This document shows, in pieces, positions 14,920 through 24,450 of a stretch of DNA of 34,648 nucleotides. Origin of the DNA: Thermoplasmata archaeon (lineage in GTDB: Archaea > Thermoplasmatota > DAOVMN01). The stretch lies in assembly GCA_030630685.1 (NCBI GenBank), contig DAOVMN010000001.1:1-34648 (forward strand), written 5' to 3'. Both the position numbers and the translations under genes were made by a program. Positions within the stretch are counted from its first letter, which is position 1. Every line of letters starts with the position of its first letter. The notes beneath the pieces are model-generated. The model worked only from the letters and a program-made list of their open reading frames with translations. It ran no database searches and was not told where the DNA came from.

Positions 14920-15924
14920 TCACCCCAGGTTTATGTCGGAGTTCTGCCCTGCATTTATGGTGTAGGGTTTCCCGCGGGCTGTCACCTCATCATCGATGAT
15001 GCTCTTCTTCAGGAATAGGCCCTTCAGCCTGCAGTGGGCCCCGACAATGGAATCCGAGATGTGAACATCCTCGAGCACCGTATTCTTGTCCACCGACACA
15101 TAGGGGCCGATGATGGAATTCCTGATCCTGCACCCCTCGCCGATGATGGTGGGCTCGATTATTACAGAGTTCTCATACTCTGACCTTACTTCCGTTCCGA
15201 TCCTCTCCAATATGGTGCGGTTCACGTTCAGGAGCATTTCTGGCCTCCCGCAGTCATACCACTCCTTTATCTCAAAGGTGGCGAACCTCTCTCCCTCTTC
15301 GATCATCTCCTGAAGGGCATCGGTCAACTGATATTCCCCTCCTTTGCCCGTTCTGCCGTTCTCTACCATGTCCTCGAGGACATCAAAAAGAAGGGGTGTG
15401 TTCCTGATGAGATATACCCCGGCCAGGGCGGTATCGGATGTGGGGTGGGTGGGCTTTTCCACTAACTTGGAGATGTTCCCGTTCATCTTTTCCACGATCC
15501 CGTAGTTCTGGGGCCTATCCACCTGTTTCACGCCCAACACGCCAGCCAGATCCGGCGATTTCCGGTAGATATCTATCATCTCACCGTAATCCATGCCAAA
15601 AATCTCGTCTCCCAGGTTGATCAGTACCTCCGAGTCCCCTACGGCCTCTTTTGCAATATAGATGGCATGGCCAAGGCCCATTTTCTCCTCCTGCTCCACG
15701 AATGTAATGTTAAAATCATCTGAAAAGTTCTCTGTGACGGATTCGATGAGCTTTTCCTTCTGGTAGCCCACGATAAGGATCACGTCTTTTATGTGACCCT
15801 TGAGGGCCTCCATGATGTGGCCTATTATGGTTTTTCCTGCCACGTTGACCATGGGCTTGGGCTTGGTGTGGGTCTGAGGGCGGAGTCTTTTCCCCATTCC
15901 TGCCGCCGGGATGATCACCTTCAT
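14920..15924 (-). CDS. Sugar-1-phosphate nucleotidyltransferase with a C-terminal left-handed beta-helix domain
   Basis: MKVIIPAAGMGKRLRP signature and hexapeptide-like repeats in the C-terminal third. Confidence 0.8.
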   Translation of the reverse strand: MKVIIPAAGMGKRLRPQTHTKPKPMVNVAGKTIIGHIMEALKGHIKDVILIVGYQKEKLIESVTENFSDDFNITFVEQEEKMGLGHAIYIAKEAVGDSEVLINLGDEIFGMDYGEMIDIYRKSPDLAGVLGVKQVDRPQNYGIVEKMNGNISKLVEKPTHPTSDTALAGVYLIRNTPLLFDVLEDMVENGRTGKGGEYQLTDALQEMIEEGERFATFEIKEWYDCGRPEMLLNVNRTILERIGTEVRSEYENSVIIEPTIIGEGCRIRNSIIGPYVSVDKNTVLEDVHISDSIVGAHCRLKGLFLKKSIIDDEVTARGKPYTINAGQNSDINLG

Positions 15925-16239
15925 GCCTGTGCCCTTCTCTCAATAGTTTAATATCTTTTTGTTTTAGTCGACCGGAAGGGGAGTGAATTGTTCAAACATC
16001 TCCTTCTATACCAAATTTGACAGTAACAGCTCCAATCCCGTCATCAGCCAACTCCACGCTGGTGCCTTCCGGACCTCCGGGTCAGGCCAACTGGCTTTGT
16101 CCCAGGTGCTGGAACAGGGTTGAGCAGAGGTTCATATTTTGCACTGAATGCGGGTTCAAGCGGACGCAATAACAAAGAAAACAATTGGACGGACAATATG
16201 CTCCAAGCCCGATCTTAGTTCTTTATGTCCATTCTATGC

Positions 16240-17424
16240 TCAGATAATGCCGAGCTCCTTGCCGCCTTTCTCGAAGGCATTCAAAGCGGTATCAAGGTCC
16301 TCGCGTGTGAGCCCGGTATTCATCTGGCACCGGATCCTTGCCTTGTCCCTTGCCACCATTGGGAAGACTATGGGCAGCGCGAAGATACCCATGTTGTAGA
16401 GCCTCTTGGATAAGGCCCTGGCTTTATGGGATTCTCCGCACATGGCCGGGATGATCGGTGTCTGTGAATTCCCGGTATCAAAGCCCAGGGAGATCAGTTC
16501 CTTCTTGAAGTAGTTGGTGTTCTCCCAGAGCTTCAGGACGTGTTCGGGCTCGGTCTCCAGGACCTCTAAGGCGGCCTTGCATGCTGCCACGGTCGGGGGC
16601 GGTGCAGAGCCCGAGAGCAGCCAGGTCCTGGATTTGTTAAAGGCAAATCTAACAAGGTCCTTGCTCCCTGCGGCTAATCCCCCGACCACACCGTATGCCT
16701 TGGAGAAGGTGCCCATCTCCACATCGATCTTCCCCTCGATACCGAAGTGTGCCCCTATGCCGCGTCCATCCGGTCCGATTGTCCCTTCTCCATGGGCATC
16801 GTCGATATAGGTCATGGCACCGTATTCCGCGGCCAGCTTCACGATCACGTCAGCATGGGCAATGTCACCATCCATCGAGAAAACGCCGTCCGTGATCACA
16901 AGGATGCGCCTCGCTCCCTTGCTATCTGCCTCCTTGATGACCTTTTCCAGTTCTCCCATGTCGTTGTGAGCATACACATACCTCTCTGTCCTGGTAAGAC
17001 GTACACCATCGATTATGGAGCCGTGGTTCAGCTCGTCAGAGATCACGGCATCCTCCTTGCCGATGAGCTGTGGAATGAGGCCGGCATTGACCGCAAATCC
17101 GGTCTGGTAGTAGAGGGCTGCCTCTGTGCGCTTGAATCTGGCAATGGTCTTTTCAAGCTCGAAGTGGAGGTCCATACTTCCCGCAATAGCTCTAACAGAT
17201 CCCGATCCTGCACCATGCGTTTTTAACGCATTGATAGCGGCTTCAATGACCTTCGGGTGGTTGCTCAGGTTCAGGTAGTTGTTGGAGCAGAGCATGATGA
17301 CCTTCTTGCCCCCGATGTTACAGTGGGACTTGGAAGCTCCGATAAGGACCCAAAGCTCCCAGTCGATCCCTTTATCTTTCAATTCTTTGTATTCTTTCTT
17401 AAGGAATGCTGTCGGATTTCTCAT
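16240..17424 (-). CDS. Alpha-oxoamine synthase (2-amino-3-ketobutyrate CoA ligase / 8-amino-7-oxononanoate synthase family)
   Basis: PLP-lysine motif GTFSKAYGVVGG and DDAHG. AGGAGG lies 7 nt upstream of ATG 17424, so the ORF-track start at 17544 is probably an over-extension. Confidence 0.85.
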   Translation of the reverse strand: MRNPTAFLKKEYKELKDKGIDWELWVLIGASKSHCNIGGKKVIMLCSNNYLNLSNHPKVIEAAINALKTHGAGSGSVRAIAGSMDLHFELEKTIARFKRTEAALYYQTGFAVNAGLIPQLIGKEDAVISDELNHGSIIDGVRLTRTERYVYAHNDMGELEKVIKEADSKGARRILVITDGVFSMDGDIAHADVIVKLAAEYGAMTYIDDAHGEGTIGPDGRGIGAHFGIEGKIDVEMGTFSKAYGVVGGLAAGSKDLVRFAFNKSRTWLLSGSAPPPTVAACKAALEVLETEPEHVLKLWENTNYFKKELISLGFDTGNSQTPIIPAMCGESHKARALSKRLYNMGIFALPIVFPMVARDKARIRCQMNTGLTREDLDTALNAFEKGGKELGII

Positions 17425-17575
17425 GGTCTTCCTCCTGATATCGTGCATCAAAATTTGTAATTGAGTATTTAATCTTAGTGGATTGGGTTCAGAGAATTGT
17501 GGATAGGGGAAACCCGGATGAGGTGATCCATCCGGAGCTTTCAATAACCGAATGAATGCTGTATGATAAGTGGGA

Positions 17576-18697
17576 TTAGACGTTATCTATCCCGTGGAAA
17601 GGAGGTGCTCTTCCGTTATCGAATTCTCCGGTACTCGGTCCAATGATCTGCGGAGAGTCCACACCCGTGAGGATGAGCATTACCTTTATGTAGCCTGCAA
17701 GCTCAGGTTCGATCCTTGCGGCCCAGATTATTTTTGCATTCCTGTTAATCCTGGTCCTGATCTCCTCCACCGCCATCTGAGCCTCTGAGACCGTCATATC
17801 CGGTCCGCCGCTCACACTTACCAGAGCGCCCCTTGCATTGGTAATATCCACATCGAGGAGCGGGGAATTAATGGCATTCTCCACTGCGGTCATGGCTCGA
17901 TTGTCCTTGTCGCCCTCCCCGATACCGATCATCGATACCCCGCCATCCTTCATTATGGTGTGCAGGTCTGAGAAGTCGACGGTCACAATCCCCTTCCCAT
18001 CAATAGTTTCCGTGATCCCTTTGATCGTCCTCATGAGGACCTCATCGGCAAGTCTGAAGGCGTCCCTCAGGGGCAGGCGCGGGGCAGTCTCGATGAGCTT
18101 ATCATTCGGAACAACAATAACGGTATCTGAAACCTTCTTTAGCTTATGCAATCCCATCTTGGCGTTCTCGGCCCTTTGCCTTCCTTCGGCCTTGAATGGA
18201 TAGGTCACAATCGACAGGGTAAGACCTCCCGCGTTCCTGGAGAGGTTTGCAATCACAGGGGCGCTTCCCGTTCCTGTTCCACCGCCTAATCCTGCGGTTA
18301 TTATCACGATATTGGAGGAATCCACCAGATTCTTGAGCTGGGTCTCGTTCTCATGGGCGGCCTCCTCACCTATCTCCGGCCTCGACCCTGCACCCAAACC
18401 CCGGGTCCTCTTCTTTCCAATAAGAACCTTTTTGTCCGCCTTGGTGCTGAGAAGTTGCTGGGCATCTGTATTAATGGCCACAAGCCCCACATCTTTTATG
18501 CCTTCGTCCTTGCATCTCCGGATGGTATTGTTCCCTCCACCACCGGTTCCCAACACGGTTATCCGGATCTTCGTCTTCTTAACGAGTTCCTCGAGCTCCC
18601 TGTCATTGATGCCGGGCTCCTTGAGGTCGATAATACTTCTCTTTTTTCTTTCCTTCTCTTCATCGGCTCTGAGTGCTTTTTTTACCAGTGATTTCAT
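17576..18697 (-). CDS. ftsZ: Cell division GTPase FtsZ
   Basis: Tubulin signature GLGGGTGTGSAPV and VLGTGGGGNN. GGGAGG lies upstream of ATG 18697. Confidence 0.9.
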   Translation of the reverse strand: MKSLVKKALRADEEKERKKRSIIDLKEPGINDRELEELVKKTKIRITVLGTGGGGNNTIRRCKDEGIKDVGLVAINTDAQQLLSTKADKKVLIGKKRTRGLGAGSRPEIGEEAAHENETQLKNLVDSSNIVIITAGLGGGTGTGSAPVIANLSRNAGGLTLSIVTYPFKAEGRQRAENAKMGLHKLKKVSDTVIVVPNDKLIETAPRLPLRDAFRLADEVLMRTIKGITETIDGKGIVTVDFSDLHTIMKDGGVSMIGIGEGDKDNRAMTAVENAINSPLLDVDITNARGALVSVSGGPDMTVSEAQMAVEEIRTRINRNAKIIWAARIEPELAGYIKVMLILTGVDSPQIIGPSTGEFDNGRAPPFHGIDNV

Positions 18698-18881
18698 CTT
18701 CGGGCCTCCCTTACAACGCCTTGATTCGATATATCCTGTGAACACATAAAATATCTCTTGTTAACGCTCAATATGAGATGATTGTGCGGTTTGGTTGTGG
18801 AAGCACATTACAAGAATCATTAATATAGTTTTCCTTCTGCCCGGCCATCCTCTTTTGGTTTAGATCAACAGGCAACAAATC

Positions 18882-19445
18882 TCATCTTGCCACGAAAAGA
18901 CGATATTTCAGATTGCGCTCCTTTATCTCATATTCTATCCTTCGTGCAATGATCCGCTCTGGATGATGAAGTATCTGTATCCTATCCTCCATTTCCTTTA
19001 AGCTCTTATAGGACCCATTGGTCTTCATTTCATTGACAACGGCCCACATCATCTTCTTTCCCATTCCTGGAAAGAGTTCGAGCATGTGGTATCTGGTATT
19101 GATTGGATGTGCCTTGTTTATGAAATCCACGAACCTTTCTTCCTGGGATTTGACGATATCCTCCAAAATGAAAGGAAGCTCTGCAGCAGCGGTGTTGGTG
19201 AGCTTATGGTAGCCTATTCTGCATCTCACACTATGTATCTTATCCCTCATAGATATGTCCTTGCCTATGTAAACACGGTCTCCGATGGAGAGGGTCACAT
19301 CCTTTAACGGCAAAAGTTCGAAGAGCTTGAATTGGTCTTCCCCAACCCCAAGCACTATCGGTTCCCTCCTCATGGGCCTGCGGGGATTGGTTGGGTCGGT
19401 TCTTCCCTGAGAAAGGTAATCAAGGACATAGGCATATTCTTCCAT
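18882..19445 (-). CDS. DUF655 (COG1491) predicted nucleic-acid-binding protein
   Basis: EEYAYVLDYL...VLGVGEDQFKLFELLP matches the family N-terminus. It has the usual archaeal position next to rpo4/rpl21e. Confidence 0.7.
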   Translation of the reverse strand: MEEYAYVLDYLSQGRTDPTNPRRPMRREPIVLGVGEDQFKLFELLPLKDVTLSIGDRVYIGKDISMRDKIHSVRCRIGYHKLTNTAAAELPFILEDIVKSQEERFVDFINKAHPINTRYHMLELFPGMGKKMMWAVVNEMKTNGSYKSLKEMEDRIQILHHPERIIARRIEYEIKERNLKYRLFVAR

Positions 19446-19485
19446 AGCTACACATCCATAAATTCGACGCTAATTCTATGCCTAT

Positions 19486-19827
19486 TCACTCCTTTGGGAG
19501 ATATTCTGAAACAATCCCCAGTATTTGTTCGATCTCTTTGTCATTGAGCGTGTACCTTTCCCGAGAAAAGATGACCCTCACATCGTCCGTGTGTTCGGGC
19601 AGGAAATCTACGAGTTTGTAGGCAAGATGTTCTCTTACCCTTGGAACATTCTCGATAAGTTCATCCACAAGTTTTTCCGCATTCCCTCTTTTGATTTTAG
19701 CGAATCTGTCGGCATGCTCCTTTGCATACTTTTGCTCATTCGTAGGCTCCTCTCTCTCCTTCATCTCCCTCTCAAGGATTTCTTTAACCTCTGCGGTGGT
19801 AACCAGTCTTAATTTTCTTCCGTTCAT
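19486..19827 (-). CDS. rpo4: DNA-directed RNA polymerase subunit Rpo4 (F)
   Basis: 113 aa and a helical HRDC-like sequence. It has conserved synteny with L21e and DUF655. Confidence 0.75.
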   Translation of the reverse strand: MNGRKLRLVTTAEVKEILEREMKEREEPTNEQKYAKEHADRFAKIKRGNAEKLVDELIENVPRVREHLAYKLVDFLPEHTDDVRVIFSRERYTLNDKEIEQILGIVSEYLPKE

Positions 19828-19846
19828 AACCTGCCTCCATAACCCA

Positions 19847-20140
19847 TTAATTCGCTTTTCTCAGATGCTCGGAAGAGATGATGGGGTGCTTGAACTTGTT
19901 ACCCACCTTCACCTCGATAATATAGGCATCCCCCTGCATACTGCTTACCATACCCGTGAGCCCATGGAACCTCTTGTGCGGCATCCCTTTGTGTATGCTG
20001 GGGTCGATGACTATGTTGACACGATTGCCCACCTCAAAACTCTGAAGTGAGTTGGTGATGCGAGATAGCCCCCGCTCCCTTGGTTTACGAGCGATAATCT
20101 TTCGTGTTCCGGCTCTCACGCCTTTTGACATTCTTACCAT
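19847..20140 (-). CDS. rpl21e: Large-subunit ribosomal protein L21e
   Basis: SKGVRAGTRK...DPSIHKGMPHKRFHGLTGMV matches the L21e signature. GAGGTG lies 6 nt upstream of ATG 20140. Confidence 0.9.
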   Translation of the reverse strand: MVRMSKGVRAGTRKIIARKPRERGLSRITNSLQSFEVGNRVNIVIDPSIHKGMPHKRFHGLTGMVSSMQGDAYIIEVKVGNKFKHPIISSEHLRKAN

Positions 20141-20211
20141 GTTGCTCACCTCATGAAGAGGTCTTCATCCTTATCGACCCCTGCGGGGTCAATCGGAGTA
20201 AGAACAAGTTC

Positions 20212-21468
20212 TTACTCGTAATGAACCGCCAGGACATCAAGGGAGGCCACTTTGCATCCGGTTCCAAGGAAGTCGGAGATGCTCGGCTGGGTTCTTCCTT
20301 CGTCTCCGTGGATCAGCTCTTTAATATATAGGCCACTCTCACCCCTAATGGTGAACGCAGCTCGCTTACCCTTCTGCAGTTCACAGTTGATATTTATAAC
20401 TTTCTTCTCTCTGATAAGGTCGCTCCTTCTGTGGGAAACCCTTGCAGGGGTACGCTGATGGATCAATGTTCCAGAGAACTTCCTTATGAGTTCATCTATT
20501 TTTTCGGGTCCTACATCATCCTCGAATTCCACCTCTGCTCTATAGGTCTTCTCCGCTTTCTCATTCTTGATGCGACTTACATTATCGCGATTGGTGTACC
20601 TCAAATTATAGATCTCCACTCTACCCGACGCAGATGTATTCACCATCTCCCGCATCCTCTCAAGGTCTAACAGGCGTCTCTTTGGGTTGGAGATCTCGAG
20701 TATAAAGGGCCTTCCGTTTCCAAGCATCCGGGCATCGATATCCTCCCTGCCCATGCCGTGAAAGAGATGCCGTGTCCCCCCTGTTTCCTTGAGAAAGGCA
20801 TCACCAATAAGCTCCTGAACACTTGTCTGGTATATCTTGCCTGTGTGGTTGCAGTATTCACATCCCCTCCCCCTGCACCTCTTACAGTTCCAGATGGTCT
20901 GGGGGATAGTTCTGTCGAACTTCAGATACCTGCCGTAGATAAAGATCGGTGCAACCTGAAGAGTGACCGTGTCAAATCGCGTATCCACCACCGCAACGAT
21001 ATCGGGCCTCTCGAAGGATGCCTCTTTCTCGAGCCTTTCGAAAACCCTGATCCCTATCTCACGGTTGAGCTCGTTCTTTATGCCTTCGGCATGACTGGCG
21101 AGTGCGAATTCCTTCTGAAGTCCGGATTCTCTTTCAAGGATCTCCTCATCAACCACACTTCCGATAAGGAACGTTTCGAATTCATGGTCGGAAAGCGCAT
21201 CCACGACAAGGTCCACGAATTTGTTCAGCTCATTAAAGAGCCCTTTGCATAAGGCGCAATCCTTCTCCTCACCGCCCGCATGAAGGAACCTTGATTGTAC
21301 ACCCTCCACCTCTCCGTATTCTTCCGTCATTGCCAGGAAGAGTTTTATCGTTCTCCCCCTCTCCTCGTCCGTGGTGCCTGTCCCAAGCCTGCCAAACTGC
21401 CTACCGAGACATCGGTCGCAGAGCTGGCGCTTGGAAAGAGCATTCACCGTATCAAACAGGGATTTCAT
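20212..21468 (-). CDS. pus10: tRNA pseudouridine synthase Pus10
   Basis: N-terminal Cys pairs (CDRCLGRQ, CALCKG) and catalytic block HGMGREDIDARMLGNGRPF. Confidence 0.85.
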   Translation of the reverse strand: MKSLFDTVNALSKRQLCDRCLGRQFGRLGTGTTDEERGRTIKLFLAMTEEYGEVEGVQSRFLHAGGEEKDCALCKGLFNELNKFVDLVVDALSDHEFETFLIGSVVDEEILERESGLQKEFALASHAEGIKNELNREIGIRVFERLEKEASFERPDIVAVVDTRFDTVTLQVAPIFIYGRYLKFDRTIPQTIWNCKRCRGRGCEYCNHTGKIYQTSVQELIGDAFLKETGGTRHLFHGMGREDIDARMLGNGRPFILEISNPKRRLLDLERMREMVNTSASGRVEIYNLRYTNRDNVSRIKNEKAEKTYRAEVEFEDDVGPEKIDELIRKFSGTLIHQRTPARVSHRRSDLIREKKVININCELQKGKRAAFTIRGESGLYIKELIHGDEGRTQPSISDFLGTGCKVASLDVLAVHYE

Positions 21469-21503
21469 GGTTTCCCGGGCCTTGGACAGTTTTGAAATGA
21501 TTC

Positions 21504-21782
21504 TCAGGATTTCATTATGGATATCAAGAAGATACCGAGTCCAAGGAGTACGCCTATCAGGGCCCCTATGCCAGCAACTATGGAGAAGTAGAATACCTCA
21601 AGGGCCTCCTCCTGGATGGCGACATAGCCCCCCAACGCTATCAGTCCGATCAATGCAGTGACTATACCAATGGTCCTGCTGACACCCGATCCGAACTTTG
21701 CCGTAATAGCACCAATCACCAGCGCGAAGATGCCAAAGGACAAAAGGAAAACATAACCCAATAGTTCTGCTCCACCGATCAT
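21504..21782 (-). CDS. Small membrane protein, paralogous to the N-terminus of the upstream gene
   Basis: FGIFALVIGAITAKFGSGVSRTIGIVTALIGLIAL parallels FGLTGLGLGLFTAYFGAGKSRIIGVILALIGIVVL. ATG 21782 lies 1 nt after the upstream stop. Confidence 0.5.
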   Translation of the reverse strand: MIGGAELLGYVFLLSFGIFALVIGAITAKFGSGVSRTIGIVTALIGLIALGGYVAIQEEALEVFYFSIVAGIGALIGVLLGLGIFLISIMKS

Positions 21783-21783
21783 C

Positions 21784-22722
21784 CTAATCACCCCCCTTCT
21801 TTTCTTCCGACTTTTCAGGCTTCTCGGGCCCGGCCTCCTTCTCGACGGTGATGGTCGTGGTCTCTTCGATTTCCGTCTGCTCGTCATCCTCGATGCAGTT
21901 GCACGGTACCTTTCCGAGCTTCTCCATTTCCTCTCTATTCTTGATTATCCTCTTTGCCTTTGGTATGTTCATCGCGAATGGGCAGTGCTCTCGGTGGTAT
22001 CTCTTGGCGTGCTCGGACGTGACGTACTCATGCTTCATACTCACAATCTCCCGTTTGGTGGTAACCTCGCTGATTATCTCGGTTTCGGTTTCACCCGGTG
22101 CGGGCTCCTCGGGCGCTTCCTCTTTCTCCTCTTCAGGGGCAGGAGGCTCTTCCGGGGCTTCCTCTTTTTCTTCCTCCTTCACCTTCTCCCAATCCTCCAC
22201 TACCGTCTTTTCTTCCTTCATCCTGAGGTATTCTTCCATTTCATCCTCCGGAACCTCCTCAGGGACGGGTTCTTCCTCCTTCTCCTCTAGTTCCTTCTCT
22301 TCTTCTGGAGCCGGGGCGGCCCCGGGGACTTCCTCGGAGGGGGCCTCCTCGGGCTTTTCCTCTTCGACCTTGGGTTCCTCGAGCCCCTTCTCCCAATCCT
22401 CCATACCCGGGAGTTCGGCTTCCTTCTCCTTGATGACCATCATCAGCCCTACAATCAGGCCAATGGCAACCAATCCACCAAGGATGATCCCGATAAGCCC
22501 GAGGAAGGAGTCGGTTACGTCTTCGGTCCCCCAATCGTAGCCAAAGTAGTCCACGGTCATGAGATAGAAGAGCGCCAGTACAACTATTCCGATCAGTGCA
22601 AGGATTACACCGATTATCCTGCTCTTGCCAGCGCCGAAATAGGCGGTGAACAAGCCCAATCCCAGGCCGGTCAGGCCGAATGCAAGTAGAAACATGCTTT
22701 CAAATGCTACCGCAAGATCCAT
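21784..22722 (-). CDS. Membrane protein with a long acidic E/P/K linker and a C-terminal His/Cys putative metal-binding module
   Basis: 4 N-terminal hydrophobic helices, EDWEK repeats, and C-terminal YHREHCPF...VPCNC. The 230-aa antisense ORF is a low-complexity mirror. Confidence 0.6.
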   Translation of the reverse strand: MDLAVAFESMFLLAFGLTGLGLGLFTAYFGAGKSRIIGVILALIGIVVLALFYLMTVDYFGYDWGTEDVTDSFLGLIGIILGGLVAIGLIVGLMMVIKEKEAELPGMEDWEKGLEEPKVEEEKPEEAPSEEVPGAAPAPEEEKELEEKEEEPVPEEVPEDEMEEYLRMKEEKTVVEDWEKVKEEEKEEAPEEPPAPEEEKEEAPEEPAPGETETEIISEVTTKREIVSMKHEYVTSEHAKRYHREHCPFAMNIPKAKRIIKNREEMEKLGKVPCNCIEDDEQTEIEETTTITVEKEAGPEKPEKSEEKKGGD

Positions 22723-22761
22723 GATTTCACCTCATCCTCTATTTTGTGATCTTAATTCGAA

Positions 22762-22995
22762 TCAGAAGTTTATTCCTGTCAGGGTCTTGGTATCGATTAC
22801 TCCATCGATCCCCCTGATGACCTCCACCACAATCTGCCCAAGCTTATTATAGTCATCGGTCTCCAGCTTGGCTATCAGGTCGTAATCCCCGAATAGCGGG
22901 TAGAGTTCTGTTATCTCTGATATTTTCAGGAGTTTGGAATAGACATCATGCTCCTTTGTAGGGGCTGTACTGATCAATACGAATCCTATGGCCAT
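22762..22995 (-). CDS. Stand-alone Lrp/AsnC ligand-binding (RAM) domain protein
   Basis: About 77 aa. AIGFVLISTAP...VYSKL...ITELYPLFGDYDLIAKLE...IDGVIDTKTL shows the typical RAM-domain pattern. Confidence 0.65.
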   Translation of the reverse strand: MAIGFVLISTAPTKEHDVYSKLLKISEITELYPLFGDYDLIAKLETDDYNKLGQIVVEVIRGIDGVIDTKTLTGINF

Positions 22996-23096
22996 ATTAT
23001 CACATGCACGCAATCCAACTGATGGTTTAAAATATTTTCCTTTTGCTTTCCCTGTGACCAAAAATTATTTATCCCTTAGAAAACAATCATGGTACC

Positions 23097-24389
23097 ATGT
23101 CAAAGAAGCTGGGCATTCTCATACCCCTTATCCTATTAATCGCCTCACTAAGTGCTTACACATTGATTTCAGAGGATTCTGACGACCCGGATGAGATCAA
23201 GAATAAAGACCGGGTAAAATGGACCCTTATGGTATACCTGGATGCTGATAACAACCTCGAGGGTGCCGGGATAGAGGATTTTAACGAGATGGAGGAAGCC
23301 GGGTCCACCGATGATGTGAACATCGTGGTTCTATTCGACCGGGCGGAAGGACACGACAGCTCCAACGGCGATTGGACCGACTGGCGGTACTACTATGTGG
23401 AGAGGGACCCGAATGGTGCGAATAATGAGATCATATCCAGAGAACTGGACTATCCCCGCCTTGAAGAAGGGGAAGAACCAAACATGGGTGACCCGAAGAC
23501 GCTCATCGATTTCGCTGTATGGAGCATGGTGACGTTCCCTGCCGAGCATTACCTCCTTTCCCTGTGGGACCACGGGGGCGGCATTAGAGGCGTATGCTGG
23601 GATGATTCCACCCCGGACCACGACAATTTAGACCTTATCGAACTGAGGGACGCCTTTGCCGAGGTCGAGAACACAACAGGAGAGAAAATCGACATAATCG
23701 GATTCGATGCCTGCCTCATGGGCGGCGTATCTATACACTACCAGCTCAATCCCTACTGCGACATCATCGTGGCATCCGAGGCCACGGAATCGAATGACGG
23801 CTGGCCCTACGAACTCCTGTGCCGCGATGTCGTGGAGAACCCGAATATCGAACCGGAGGACGTTGCAGAACTCCTAATAGAGCATTATGTTGCCAGTTAC
23901 GGCGTCATCGAGCCCTGGGTGACCATGGCTGCCTTCAGGACGATAGAGATGAACCAGGTCTTCGAGGACCTCGATGCCGTGGCAGAGATACTGATGGATA
24001 ACCTCCCACTTTATGAAGCCTCCATAGCGGATTCAAGGGAGAACGCGGAGAGCTACGACATGACAAAAGAAGGACCCTACATGCCTGAGATGAGCGGCTA
24101 TCCCATGAGCGACCTCTGGGATTTCCTTGAAGAGCTGGAACGGATAGAACACGGAACCGGCCTGGATGAGGAACTCATGGACGCCATTACCGTGCTGAAG
24201 AATTCCATCAGCCAGGCAAGGATCGCCTATGGTTCCGGGACAGACATGCCCGACAGTCATGGCCTTTCCATCTATTTCCCGCAGACCGAAAACACGGGCA
24301 CCTCTACCTACAGCGAGCGTTACGATACCCTGGACTTTGCCGGGGACCATCTCTGGGACGACTTCCTGAAGGAATATTATCTCGACTGA
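23097..24389 (+). CDS. Clostripain-family (C11) cysteine peptidase with an N-terminal signal/anchor
   Basis: Hydrophobic N-terminus, catalytic His in LWDHGGG and Cys in GFDACLMG. TATA-like aaaaattatttatc lies about 30 nt upstream of the ATG, suggesting a leaderless mRNA. Confidence 0.8.
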   Translation: MSKKLGILIPLILLIASLSAYTLISEDSDDPDEIKNKDRVKWTLMVYLDADNNLEGAGIEDFNEMEEAGSTDDVNIVVLFDRAEGHDSSNGDWTDWRYYYVERDPNGANNEIISRELDYPRLEEGEEPNMGDPKTLIDFAVWSMVTFPAEHYLLSLWDHGGGIRGVCWDDSTPDHDNLDLIELRDAFAEVENTTGEKIDIIGFDACLMGGVSIHYQLNPYCDIIVASEATESNDGWPYELLCRDVVENPNIEPEDVAELLIEHYVASYGVIEPWVTMAAFRTIEMNQVFEDLDAVAEILMDNLPLYEASIADSRENAESYDMTKEGPYMPEMSGYPMSDLWDFLEELERIEHGTGLDEELMDAITVLKNSISQARIAYGSGTDMPDSHGLSIYFPQTENTGTSTYSERYDTLDFAGDHLWDDFLKEYYLD

Positions 24390-24450
24390 CATCCCGCACA
24401 CATAAGGATAGAGAAAAGCGTAAAAGCAGGTATGAAATCGAGGGGTTCGG

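Noticed and set aside
15990-16239. Minus-strand Cys-rich reading frame (YCPSNCFLCYC...) continuing after an in-frame TGA into PGGPEGTSVELADDGIGAVTVKFGIEGDV. It could be a decayed zinc-ribbon gene or a recoded stop.
   Set aside because: There is no start codon before the Cys-rich part, no SD and no recognisable family. The only support is an open frame of about 70 codons interrupted by a stop, which is too weak to call.
21848-22540. 230-aa Ser-rich ORF on the plus strand
   Set aside because: It is a mirror image of the E/K/P-rich low-complexity linker of the minus-strand membrane protein. GAA/GAG codons read as TTC/CTC-derived Ser/Phe/Leu on the other strand, and there are no independent coding signals.
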